The translations under genes were made by a program, and so were the position numbers. Of a DNA stretch of 64,000 nt, positions 18,808 to 27,993 are shown piece by piece. This DNA is from Patescibacteria group bacterium (lineage in GTDB: Bacteria; Patescibacteriota; Patescibacteriia; JAHIZJ01), in the NCBI GenBank assembly GCA_041661625.1, contig JBAZUB010000002.1, positions 28,059 to 92,058 of the forward strand. Direction: 5' to 3'. Positions within the stretch are counted from its first letter, which is position 1; every line of letters starts with the position of its first letter. Below the pieces are notes generated by a model, which saw only the letters and a program-made list of their open reading frames with translations, had not been told where the DNA came from and ran no database searches.

Positions 18808-19521
18808 CTATTGGGGGTATTCTGGTTTCCATCCAATAGCATTCTTTACGCTGTGTATTCGTCCGGGATTATTGGAAACGGCATAAAATGTCGTAAAACG
18901 TCCCGGTATCTTTTTTATCTGCACAGCTTTTAAGATCACACTCACACAATCCTGATGATATAATATCACGCGATCATATAAGGGATCTTCGTTGTATCGA
19001 ATCTCGTTTGTCGTATTCACACCCCCGAAACGAATACAAACAACTTCGAGGTTGTGATGTACCGCATAATAATTTCCCAAGCGTTCACCATACACCTTAC
19101 TGGCTCCGTAGGGTGTATCAGGAATTGGGATCGTACTTGTTGTTTTCTCACCTTCACGCATTAAATGGTATGTATCTGCGTGAACAGAGCTGGCAAGAAT
19201 AACTCGTCGTACACCCGCTGCTACTGCAGCTCGGAAAATATTTTCCAGCATTACTTTGTTGTCGGCTACACTGTGCTCGTTTGGATAATCTTCAGCAACG
19301 TTCCAGGCTAAATGGATGAGCACATCGTGGCCTTTAACGAGCGTATACAGCTTATGATATTCCCGGGCGATGTTAACACGTTTAACCGATTTGTTACTCT
19401 TCTGATTTATATCAATGCAGGTAACGGGGTATTTACGCAGTAAAACAGGGCAGATAATTGTGCCAATATTACCCAAGGCTCCGGTTACCACTACTCGGGG
19501 ATGCGAACGATATAATCTCAT
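18808..19521 (-). CDS. NAD-dependent epimerase/dehydratase (SDR family)
   Basis: 237 aa; VVVTGALGNIGTII Rossmann motif, YGASK catalytic Y-x3-K. Confidence 0.7.
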   Translation of the reverse strand: MRLYRSHPRVVVTGALGNIGTIICPVLLRKYPVTCIDINQKSNKSVKRVNIAREYHKLYTLVKGHDVLIHLAWNVAEDYPNEHSVADNKVMLENIFRAAVAAGVRRVILASSVHADTYHLMREGEKTTSTIPIPDTPYGASKVYGERLGNYYAVHHNLEVVCIRFGGVNTTNEIRYNEDPLYDRVILYHQDCVSVILKAVQIKKIPGRFTTFYAVSNNPGRIHSVKNAIGWKPEYPQ

Positions 19522-21122
19522 CGATTTATTTCTGCAAATGCTCTCAGTACTGCAGATATTGTGGCATCAAGATCCTCCCTATCTAACCCGGGGTTTACAT
19601 AGAGATTAAATAGCCGCTTGGTGACCTCTTGGGATACCGGACAATCATTTACGTGTGAGCTTTTTAACAACTCCACTTCGGGCAGAGACAGCGGGTAAAG
19701 CTTTTTTATCGGGATTCCTAATTGCATTACCCGATTAAGAAACATATCACGCTTCTCTATCAGGCCTGCTGGCAGTAATCCAGTCAGGTAAAAATAGGCG
19801 TGTTCAGAATTTGGATCTGTTTTCTGAAAAGTGATTCCACTTCCCGCTATCTTTTTCTGCAGATAATTTGCATTATTTCGGCGTATTTGATTATTGACAT
19901 CAAGCCGTTTATTTTGCTCAATAGCAATCGCGGCCTGAATATCTGTAAGTTGGTAATTAAAACCCAGGCGATTATAGTCATACGCATCCAGATCTTCTTG
20001 ATTGATGCCATTATTTGCGTCCGAACGTATATGGCTGTAGTACTTTTCATTATTTGTGGCTATTAAGCCACCCTCCCCGCAAACTATATGTTTCGTTTGA
20101 TAAAGACTTGTGCAGATGATGTCACCATACGAACCAACGTACTTTCCATTATATCTCGCGCCCGTAGCTTGGGCGCAATCCTCTATCAGCACTAACTTAT
20201 GTTTATCGCAGATTATCCTCAGCGCGTTCAAATTGACTGGCTGACCATACATATGGACAACGATAACTGCCTTAGTGTGCTTGGTGATTTTCTTTATAAC
20301 GTCTTTGGGATCAATATTAAAAGTTTCAGCCTCAATGTCAGCGAATATCGGTTTCGCTCCAACTTGTAATACCGTTGAGCAATCCGCAATATTGGCCAGT
20401 GCGGGGACGATCACTTCATCGTTGGATTGAAGATCTAAAGCAGAAAGAGCAAGATGTAGCGCGGATGTACCAGAATTGACGGCATTGACAAAACGCTGTG
20501 ATAACATACGAGATATCACATCTTGAAATTCGCGGACTACTGGACCTCCTTCCGGTCTCGATAATATTCCGGAATGTAGCACTCGTACAACAGCCTCGGT
20601 TTCTTCGTCGCCGATCAGATGCGCATTTATTTTTTGCATCATTTGAGCAATATGCGCTTTGGCATCGTTGTTATCCGGTTGTTTACTACTATAGTGTTCA
20701 TGAATCATATCTCGGACTGCGTTTGGCCGAAGTTCATAGTTTCTGATATCGACAACATCAATCCAGACTAACTCATAGGTACCCACATAATGAGTTCCGT
20801 ATTGATACTCGGGTCCGAAAGCATTTCCCAGAATGCCACCCGTTATTTCGCAAAGAAAAAATAATTCAGTCTGACCCAGTGTGTCTGGATGTCCCGACGA
20901 TTGCTTAGTAAATAGCTCTTTTACTCTTATGTCCACACCAAGCTCTTCGTGGCACTCTCTCTGAACGGCTTGTTCTGGTGTTTCATTATTGTCGACTCCT
21001 CCGCCAGGAAATACCCAGTATGCCTCTTGTCCGGGTTTGGTTCTTTTTATAACTAACACGTGGTTTTGATGGATTATCACCGCTCGCGCTCTTAATTTAT
21101 CCTTCGTTTTTTGATTCGTCAT
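19518..21122 (-). CDS. fusion protein: N-terminal Nudix hydrolase + C-terminal DegT/DnrJ/EryC1/StrS PLP-dependent sugar aminotransferase
   Basis: 534 aa; Nudix box GGGVDNNETPEQAVQRECHEELGV; DegT motifs AVNSGTSALHLAL, VIVVHMYGQP, IEDCAQATGA, TKHIVCGEGG. Confidence 0.8.
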   Translation of the reverse strand: MTNQKTKDKLRARAVIIHQNHVLVIKRTKPGQEAYWVFPGGGVDNNETPEQAVQRECHEELGVDIRVKELFTKQSSGHPDTLGQTELFFLCEITGGILGNAFGPEYQYGTHYVGTYELVWIDVVDIRNYELRPNAVRDMIHEHYSSKQPDNNDAKAHIAQMMQKINAHLIGDEETEAVVRVLHSGILSRPEGGPVVREFQDVISRMLSQRFVNAVNSGTSALHLALSALDLQSNDEVIVPALANIADCSTVLQVGAKPIFADIEAETFNIDPKDVIKKITKHTKAVIVVHMYGQPVNLNALRIICDKHKLVLIEDCAQATGARYNGKYVGSYGDIICTSLYQTKHIVCGEGGLIATNNEKYYSHIRSDANNGINQEDLDAYDYNRLGFNYQLTDIQAAIAIEQNKRLDVNNQIRRNNANYLQKKIAGSGITFQKTDPNSEHAYFYLTGLLPAGLIEKRDMFLNRVMQLGIPIKKLYPLSLPEVELLKSSHVNDCPVSQEVTKRLFNLYVNPGLDREDLDATISAVLRAFAEINR

Positions 21123-21445
21123 GGTGGTGTTTTTATAAAGAGTGGTTATTTATATTGAATTCCCCGTTTTTACAAAAGATTCATACACATCGTATAGACT
21201 GATGATTTGCTGTACATATAGAAATTATTACTAAACAACATATATTATATAGGTTATTCGACTAATTGGACAGTGGTAAACAAAAGCTGATTCCACAATA
21301 AATCTGGTGGTATTACGATATTCAAAAGATGGCAAATACTAGCTCCCAGTCTGATTCACACCGAAAAAGCGAGGCTTTAATATGCCCAGTATGTATGGAA
21401 TTATTCCGTATCATTGTTCTGTTCTGTATGAAAACGCCAAAAATG

Positions 21446-21504
21446 TGTTATAATGCAGACAACACATAAACATATTGACAAAATTACACTATTTCTGCTA
21501 AGGT
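21446..21504 (+). promoter_or_regulatory. Candidate promoter region for Panacea operon (extended -10 TGtTATAAT at 21446-21454; alternative TTGACA-18-TAAGGT at 21475-21504)
   Basis: Motifs read directly in AT-rich intergenic region upstream of 21527. Confidence 0.4.
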
Positions 21505-21526
21505 TTCGGTCATTAAGCAAGAAACT

Positions 21527-22030
21527 ATGACCCCAGTAGCGGGAACAAAACAACAAGAGAAGGTCACCTATCAGGACGTAGCTGATTACTTCTTGGCATT
21601 GGGAAATGAAACAGGTGAGCCAATATCCAATCTTAAGCTCCAGAAGCTTGTCTACTATGCACAAGCTTGGCATCTAGCAAATACATCGGAGCCTCTATTT
21701 AATGCTAACTTTCAAGCTTGGGTACATGGTCCCGTTATACCTGAGTTGTACCACAAGTTAAAGACGTATGGATCAGCGCCTATTCAGAGTAACGCCGTCT
21801 TAAATGAAGTAAAAAACAGATTTGATTCCAATACACTAACTTTCTTAGAACAGGTTGCAGATGTGTATATGCCTAGAAGTGCTTATGAATTGGAGTTGAT
21901 GACACATATGGAGGATCCGTGGATTCTCGCGAGAGTTGGGCTTGAGCCAAACCAAGGAAGCGAAAATACTATCTCTGAGGAAATCATGGCTAGATTCTAT
22001 GGGGCAAAAATACACAGTAGAACCAAGTAG
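21527..22030 (+). CDS. Panacea-domain (DUF4065) protein, SocA/PanA-like antitoxin
   Basis: 167 aa; YFLALGNETGEPISNLKLQKLVYYAQAWHLA...FQAWVHGPVIPELY matches DUF4065 core. Confidence 0.75.
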   Translation: MTPVAGTKQQEKVTYQDVADYFLALGNETGEPISNLKLQKLVYYAQAWHLANTSEPLFNANFQAWVHGPVIPELYHKLKTYGSAPIQSNAVLNEVKNRFDSNTLTFLEQVADVYMPRSAYELELMTHMEDPWILARVGLEPNQGSENTISEEIMARFYGAKIHSRTK

Positions 22031-22439
22031 CATCCCTCAGAGAACTGAATTAGTTAATCCAACGACTGTTAATCCAAATCAGAACGTTTCTTTTAATTTT
22101 CGTCCTTTATGTACTAAAGGCGGTAAGTTTGAGTACAACAATAGGGAGCGAGGATATTTTGTTAAACTCCTCGAACGACTGCGCGATCTTTCGACAATGA
22201 GTAGGGGGCAACTTATAGCACCAGGCGGAAAAGGATTACGGTGTCATCCTATACGGTTCACCGACCAAGGAGTGAGTGAATCGTCATTTGGTATACCTGG
22301 GCAAGACATTGATGAAGATGCGTGGCAATTTGAAATCTCTTCTAATAAGCACGGTCGTGTTCATGGATACTTTGTAGGTAGCGTATTTTATATAGTGTGG
22401 CTTGACCCTGATCATGCACTTTATCCTAGGCAGCGATAA
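21999..22439 (+). CDS. hypothetical protein (146 aa), overlaps antitoxin-like gene by 32 nt; candidate toxin/partner
   Basis: Start chosen at MGQKYTVEPSS; C-terminal HGRVHGYFVGSVFYIVWLDPDHALYP; stop abuts SIR2 start (TAAATG). Confidence 0.45.
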   Translation: MGQKYTVEPSSIPQRTELVNPTTVNPNQNVSFNFRPLCTKGGKFEYNNRERGYFVKLLERLRDLSTMSRGQLIAPGGKGLRCHPIRFTDQGVSESSFGIPGQDIDEDAWQFEISSNKHGRVHGYFVGSVFYIVWLDPDHALYPRQR

Positions 22440-23420
22440 ATGGGTACACACAATTTAGTATTGTTAACCGGTGCTGGCTTCTCCAAAAACTTTGGAGGTT
22501 TTTTGGCTGCAGAAATGTGGTCGCATATATTTAATCACCCATTAACTAAAAGACACGCTGAATTGCGTAAGTTGCTAATGGCTGATCAGGATTATGAATC
22601 AGTATACACACTGGTTATGACTGGTAATGGTTTTTCTCCTGAGTGCCGAAACGATTTCAACATTGTTGTTGAGCAAGCCTATAAAGCGTTAGACGATACA
22701 TTGAGAAAATGGCAATTCACGGGCGAGCTAAATCAAGTAAATACTTATGGTATCGGCAAGCTGTTAAGCCTTTTTAATTCCCCCCATGATCGCTGCTATT
22801 TCTTTACATTAAACCAAGATCTATTCATGGAAAGATGGTGGGGATACAGGGCACCGAGTGTTCGTTGGTTTCCTGAACAATTTTACTCTCTTCATGGCGC
22901 TGAATTGGAACATAAGGATTTCATAAAACTACCGTCATCTATGGATGAAAAAACTGTGAATGAAGCGATAGCACTACATAGCGGCTTAACGTATATTAAA
23001 ATACACGGTTCTTACGGATGGCTATCTTCTGATGGTAAAAACTTAATGGTGATTGGAAAGGATAAAACGATCGCCATTTCAGCAGAGCCAGTATTGCGGA
23101 GATATTTTGATATATTCAAAAAGGTAATGAGCGAGGGACAAAAAAAGCTGCTAATAATTGGATATGGATTTGGGGATTCTCACATTAACCAAGTTATTGC
23201 CGATGCAGTCCGGAATAGAGGATTAAAGGTATGTATTGTTTCAACAAGTCCATATAAGGACTTATATTCTCGTATAGAACAAAACTATCCAGATGCCTTA
23301 GACATCCTTGATATCGGATTGGATGGCTATTTCCCTTACAGTCTTGCGCAAGTCTTTCCTGGTGATCAATCTGAAACCGTATACTTCGAGGAGATCAAAC
23401 GTAATCTTTCCGGCATCTAA
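22440..23420 (+). CDS. SIR2_2-domain protein (putative NAD+-consuming defence effector)
   Basis: 326 aa; LVLLTGAGFSKNFGG, FFTLNQDLFMERW (cf. TTNYD), KIHGSYGW, LLIIGYGFGDSHINQ correspond to SIR2_2 (PF13289) conserved blocks. Confidence 0.7.
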   Translation: MGTHNLVLLTGAGFSKNFGGFLAAEMWSHIFNHPLTKRHAELRKLLMADQDYESVYTLVMTGNGFSPECRNDFNIVVEQAYKALDDTLRKWQFTGELNQVNTYGIGKLLSLFNSPHDRCYFFTLNQDLFMERWWGYRAPSVRWFPEQFYSLHGAELEHKDFIKLPSSMDEKTVNEAIALHSGLTYIKIHGSYGWLSSDGKNLMVIGKDKTIAISAEPVLRRYFDIFKKVMSEGQKKLLIIGYGFGDSHINQVIADAVRNRGLKVCIVSTSPYKDLYSRIEQNYPDALDILDIGLDGYFPYSLAQVFPGDQSETVYFEEIKRNLSGI

Positions 23421-24871
23421 ATTTTACGCCATTTTTCTTCCCGGTCACGTTGCTCATATAGTTCAAAAAGTCCTTGTAAAATACTATAAAAATCAGAGAC
23501 CAACATACCCCACCCAATTTCAATGTGTTTTACGTCAAAGTGGAACTCGGGTTTCTCCTGACCCCACACGACGTCCACAGGTTGGAGGCTTTTAATGATA
23601 CTCAAGTTTCCTCCGATAATTGAGTCAAGCATTTTTTGTAAACCAGATAGCCTCGTTTCAAAATCATCTATGGAGTCGCCATATCGTTTCTGCAATTCAA
23701 GTTTATCCGAAAGTCCTTGCTTTATTATGTTTACTATATGAAATACTGCATTTTTATATAGTTCTTTATTGCCTGAGTGATCAGTGTCTGCATTGAGTGA
23801 GTAGCTCAATCTCCGAAAGTCTAGGACTTGCTCTCGATCTTTGAGCTGCTCGACATTAAAATTAAGGAGTCTTTCTATTCGATGCTTGTTACTTCCGAGA
23901 TAATGCTCGATCGGCTTCCAAAGTAGTACCTCAAACGGAGTCTCATCCGGCCATAGCTTCATTAGATGAAGCTTTGTTTTTAAGCAATAGTCAAAAACTA
24001 TTTGAGCAAGTGTTATATGTGAAGATTGCGGAAATGAATAATCTAAAGAAATAACTTTCTCACCGTGTATTATTTTACTTCTGAGTTGGTAAAAAGAGTC
24101 TGACCAGTTCGCGATTTCTTTCTTCTGTCCCAGAAGAAGTTGTATGCGGTCGCCCATTTCCTGTCCTTTACGACTATACTGTTGAATATTCAAGAGGGTT
24201 TCTAATGCGACTCCTAGGGAAATAATCATGTCTTCAGAAGTGACTAGTGGATCGGCAACATGGGAACGATTATACCAATATACTGATCTAAGAATCCTTT
24301 CTGCCTCAAGTTTTTCATCTTTCGTTCCGTTTGCTCTCCTTTCATTAAGTGTGCAAAGTGCTGAAAATATATCTTTTGATACCTCTCGGCTTACGTTTGT
24401 TACATTGATATAAAACGGGGTTTGTATTTTTGTTTCATCAATCATTAGTATATGGATACCGCGTCTTGAGTGCAATGAAAGGCCGCCACTTGTTTTATCT
24501 AGATTGAGTTCATAGGAATCCGATTTGAAATTCTCATAGGAGGACGGAAAAAACCTTTTCTGATGGCTTAAGTTTGCATAAGCTACAATGTTTGTTGCTG
24601 TAATTAACTCATCGTCGACTTTTTTATCGTATTGAGCAAAATTGTCTTTGCCGTCGCTAAGCCTTGATGCAATAACAGGATTTGCTAGCTGACTGTTATC
24701 GATAAAACCTCGATAAATTTTTACCAACTGATCAACACGTTGAGCGGCGTTTGAGATTTTCCCAAAACGCTTTTGTTTTTCTTTTAGATATGGCCAAAAG
24801 CAAATATCACCAATAGTAACAGACTCGTCGAGTTCTAGATAGGGGAATATTGTAAATGCTATTTTAGTCAT
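23417..24871 (-). CDS. hypothetical protein (484 aa) with HEPN-like R-x4-HG motif (FYQLRSKIIHGEKV)
   Basis: Large ORF converging on SIR2 gene with 4-nt 3' overlap; motif-level only. Confidence 0.5.
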   Translation of the reverse strand: MTKIAFTIFPYLELDESVTIGDICFWPYLKEKQKRFGKISNAAQRVDQLVKIYRGFIDNSQLANPVIASRLSDGKDNFAQYDKKVDDELITATNIVAYANLSHQKRFFPSSYENFKSDSYELNLDKTSGGLSLHSRRGIHILMIDETKIQTPFYINVTNVSREVSKDIFSALCTLNERRANGTKDEKLEAERILRSVYWYNRSHVADPLVTSEDMIISLGVALETLLNIQQYSRKGQEMGDRIQLLLGQKKEIANWSDSFYQLRSKIIHGEKVISLDYSFPQSSHITLAQIVFDYCLKTKLHLMKLWPDETPFEVLLWKPIEHYLGSNKHRIERLLNFNVEQLKDREQVLDFRRLSYSLNADTDHSGNKELYKNAVFHIVNIIKQGLSDKLELQKRYGDSIDDFETRLSGLQKMLDSIIGGNLSIIKSLQPVDVVWGQEKPEFHFDVKHIEIGWGMLVSDFYSILQGLFELYEQRDREEKWRKI

Positions 24872-24884
24872 TATAAGTTAGCGA

Positions 24885-26723
24885 TTATTGTCTTCTTGGA
24901 TCATCTGCTGAATAAGTTTTACCGTTCTGCCAATCAAACATAAAACCAAAATTGGTTTGTAGCCATTTGCCAAGATCTGTAATATACTCCCACACTTTAT
25001 CTCGGTCACCGCCTGTACTAAGTTTGATATATACTTCTTTTACCTCCCTCTGTATCGCTTCCCGATATTTGCTTTGAGAAAGTTTGTTCTTTATCCAATC
25101 AGGTATTCCTTCCCCCATGAACTCGACCACTTTTTGTTTATCTGAATGGGCGGCAGCTAGCGCTCCCACTGAAACCATAAGCTGGATCGTGTCGCCAGCA
25201 AGTTTATCTAAACCAGCTAATTCGTATTCTTTGTATAGTTCATGTAGGCGCATTACGGCAAGTGATGCACCACGGCTATTACCTATAGGTATTGCGCTTT
25301 CAGCAAAGCTACTATAAACCCACGCTAAATCATACAACCAATGCGATAAATCGGCACTTATACCTTCACGTTTAGACAGCTCTTTCTTTTTTTGTATGAG
25401 TGGTTTTGCTACTACGCTAATTGCATCAAAGTACACCAAGGGATACCAATCAGGCTTATTGTTTCGATAAGCGCTATCAAACGAAAGAAGTGTATTATAA
25501 TAGGCACCAAAAAAACTTGTATAATCATAGTTGGGCATTATCGGCTGGTTTGTAAAATCATAACTTGGAATCAGCCTTTCGCCTAACCAACCAAGATCCC
25601 GAAAAACGCCATCCAAATCATTTTCTGAATGATCTGTAAATAACATTTCCCCAATTTTTCTATACCCATACATAATGTTCACAAATAGAGGATTGTGCGA
25701 CTCTATGCAGGAATCCGCAAGGTTTTTCCAAAATACTAATAGTTCAGCAAGATCGTTGTAATGTTTATTCTCAACAAATAATTCTGCTATACGTTGAGAG
25801 GCTTCATAAATTATCGATGCTGCGTTTTTCGAGTGATTATTAACAGCCAGCTCAACTAACAATTCGAGAGATTGTACAAAGAACGCTTGATAATAACCGC
25901 AAAGGTTTGAATCTGGATCCCAGCTATCATTTTTGTATTTTCTTCCCACTGTGTAGTTTTCTAGAAATGAAGTTGTCAATACCTCTACGGAGTCGCGAAA
26001 ATTTCTTAAGGTTGCGTAGTCTCCGCTTCGCACGGACTTTTCCGCAATGCTGAGCAATAACTCAAATGGATTTGGTGAATTAGATACTTGCTTAGTTAAT
26101 GAGGTATAAGCCGATCTTTGTCGTTCTTGTGTTATTGCTTTCTTTACATTTTCGTTCTCGATTTCTTTTATTTCTTCCGGAGTAAGGTCACCTTTGTTTG
26201 TAATATATCTATCATATTTTTCTATCTTATCTTGTGAAAGTATGCTTACAGCCTGAAACCATGGTGTGGTAGGATCCGGCACTCCATAACGATCAAGCAG
26301 GAAGCAGCGAATATCCCCATAGTTCATATTCTTTTGAATCGATTGTAAAAAGGTAGTTGGCCTAAGATAACGTGAAAAATAAAATGAGAGAATTATGAAT
26401 AATAAAAGCGACAATAATACAAATGCCAACGAAATTATACCAAGGTACCCGGATGAAAATAGATCCGTAAGATTAAAATCGAGTTGCGGAATTATATCAT
26501 GGTGGGTATACGAGATTGCGTATGAGGCAACGCTGGTAAATATAATACCTGCCAAACTGAAAGATATATAAGCAAGTAGTATTCGAGTTCGAAATATAAA
26601 GGAGATTGAACGATATGAGTAACTTCCATAGACAAGCTGTAGGTATACAAAAACAGCCGCAACGGATATACCAAATACCGTGACCTGTAAACTCAGTAAT
26701 GTATTATAATAGCTACTTAACAT
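24885..26723 (-). CDS. membrane protein (4 N-terminal TM helices + ~450-aa soluble domain)
   Basis: 612 aa; hydrophobic segments in first 120 aa; no recognisable catalytic motif. Confidence 0.5.
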   Translation of the reverse strand: MLSSYYNTLLSLQVTVFGISVAAVFVYLQLVYGSYSYRSISFIFRTRILLAYISFSLAGIIFTSVASYAISYTHHDIIPQLDFNLTDLFSSGYLGIISLAFVLLSLLLFIILSFYFSRYLRPTTFLQSIQKNMNYGDIRCFLLDRYGVPDPTTPWFQAVSILSQDKIEKYDRYITNKGDLTPEEIKEIENENVKKAITQERQRSAYTSLTKQVSNSPNPFELLLSIAEKSVRSGDYATLRNFRDSVEVLTTSFLENYTVGRKYKNDSWDPDSNLCGYYQAFFVQSLELLVELAVNNHSKNAASIIYEASQRIAELFVENKHYNDLAELLVFWKNLADSCIESHNPLFVNIMYGYRKIGEMLFTDHSENDLDGVFRDLGWLGERLIPSYDFTNQPIMPNYDYTSFFGAYYNTLLSFDSAYRNNKPDWYPLVYFDAISVVAKPLIQKKKELSKREGISADLSHWLYDLAWVYSSFAESAIPIGNSRGASLAVMRLHELYKEYELAGLDKLAGDTIQLMVSVGALAAAHSDKQKVVEFMGEGIPDWIKNKLSQSKYREAIQREVKEVYIKLSTGGDRDKVWEYITDLGKWLQTNFGFMFDWQNGKTYSADDPRRQ

Positions 26724-27123
26724 TTCTATTATTTTTTAGAGTTGAGAATCTCATGAATCGGTCAATAATTGGTTGTCGTTCAGCAATCAACAGATCAAGC
26801 TCTTCATCCGAAAGATCGGCAAAGGGGTCGCTTATGGCGACCTTAGTTGCTTTGTAGGACCCTTTTAGCTTATAGGCCTTATCCAACCCAGCTTCACGGG
26901 CCCGCCAATCGTGATTCTTAAGCAGCCCTTTATGGACGTTTAAGAGTGTTTCGTCGGGTAGGTGCTTATCCATTAACTCCTGCCATCCCTTGCTTCTGGT
27001 GAGCTCCTGGGGCTTCTCAGCTGAACGTGAACTGTACCCCGCCTCGCGCATGGCAGAGCTGACCGATTTTCGGGGTTTTTCGGAGATTATTCGAGCGACG
27101 CGTAGTTGTTTTTGGGTAGCCAT
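26713..27123 (-). CDS. phage terminase small-subunit-like HTH protein
   Basis: 136 aa; N-terminus MATQKQLRVARII...SAMREAGYSSRSAE resembles Terminase_2 motif (LTxKQ..F....A...AGYS). Confidence 0.4.
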   Translation of the reverse strand: MATQKQLRVARIISEKPRKSVSSAMREAGYSSRSAEKPQELTRSKGWQELMDKHLPDETLLNVHKGLLKNHDWRAREAGLDKAYKLKGSYKATKVAISDPFADLSDEELDLLIAERQPIIDRFMRFSTLKNNRNVK

Positions 27124-27169
27124 ATAGAGTCATTATACACCCAAAACAACGGCTTGTTTTAACCATTAT

Positions 27170-27700
27170 CTAATCTGGGAGCGTAAGCCAAAAACCATAG
27201 TAAGCGTTCCCACAAGACAATAACAACCCAACTAAATATAGTAGCCTATACCATTGGGGGGCGGCTTTTTCCGCAACGAAGTTAATTGTGAGAGAATATA
27301 TTAGAAAACCTAGTGGCGGAAACAGCCACGCGATAAGATTTAGAAAACCGATCACCCTAACTACGACTACTTTTTTGTTTTTCTTATTCGCATACCATTT
27401 CCCGATGTAATGCCCGATAGTGATGGCAGCGATTGCCGAACCTACAATAATGTAAAATGGCCGCTGCACACTGAGATCATGTGAACTCAGAACCAATTGA
27501 AGGGCAATGTACGCAATAAACATAATAGCAAAATATATGACTACCTCAATCACTCTGGCAATTTTCACTCCTATTGATACTAGCTCATCATTACTATCCC
27601 TGTCATTATCTTGCTTCTTTTCTTTGGCTAATTCAGCCCCGCAGCTTCCACAAAATTTGTCTTTCAGTGTCGTTTCCTTCCCGCAATTTTGACAGTACAT
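27170..27700 (-). CDS. zinc-ribbon (CxxC-x10-CxxC) membrane protein
   Basis: 176 aa; MYCQNCGKET...CGSCGAEL then four hydrophobic helices. Confidence 0.45.
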   Translation of the reverse strand: MYCQNCGKETTLKDKFCGSCGAELAKEKKQDNDRDSNDELVSIGVKIARVIEVVIYFAIMFIAYIALQLVLSSHDLSVQRPFYIIVGSAIAAITIGHYIGKWYANKKNKKVVVVRVIGFLNLIAWLFPPLGFLIYSLTINFVAEKAAPQWYRLLYLVGLLLSCGNAYYGFWLTLPD

Positions 27701-27750
27701 AGACGTGTTATTAGTTATTTAGAGTTGGTTACATTTATCACGATAAACAA

Positions 27751-27884
27751 CCAGCAGATATTGCTGGCGCCGGTAAATCACAAAGCCCGCCGCCAGCGAT
27801 GACCTTTCGGCCACCTGCACCCCTTTCGGGATACAACCACTGCTGGTGCTCTGACGACGAGCCCAATATCCAGCAGTGGTTTTT
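27751..27884 (+). ncRNA. candidate small structured RNA (GC-rich islet ending in intrinsic terminator ccactgctgg..ccagcagtgg+TTTTT)
   Basis: GC-rich hairpin-dense ~135 nt in AT-rich intergenic region; 10-bp stem + U5 at 27837-27884. Confidence 0.25.
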
Positions 27885-27993
27885 GTACCATGCCACGGTT
27901 TGCGCCGTGGTTTAGGCACCAAATTGTAAGTAATTCCCTAATATCGGAATTACCTATATAATTGTACTATATTTTGTCGACATTTTCAATAAT

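Noticed and set aside
27735-27900. tRNA or tmRNA as attachment site near the recombinase or island
   Set aside because: No T-loop (GTTCRANYC) or acceptor/CCA architecture was found anywhere in the island flanks or the window.
27719-27922. 67-aa ORF (minus strand) in the GC-rich islet
   Set aside because: It has no start context and is composed largely of hairpin sequence. The region is interpreted as a candidate sRNA instead.
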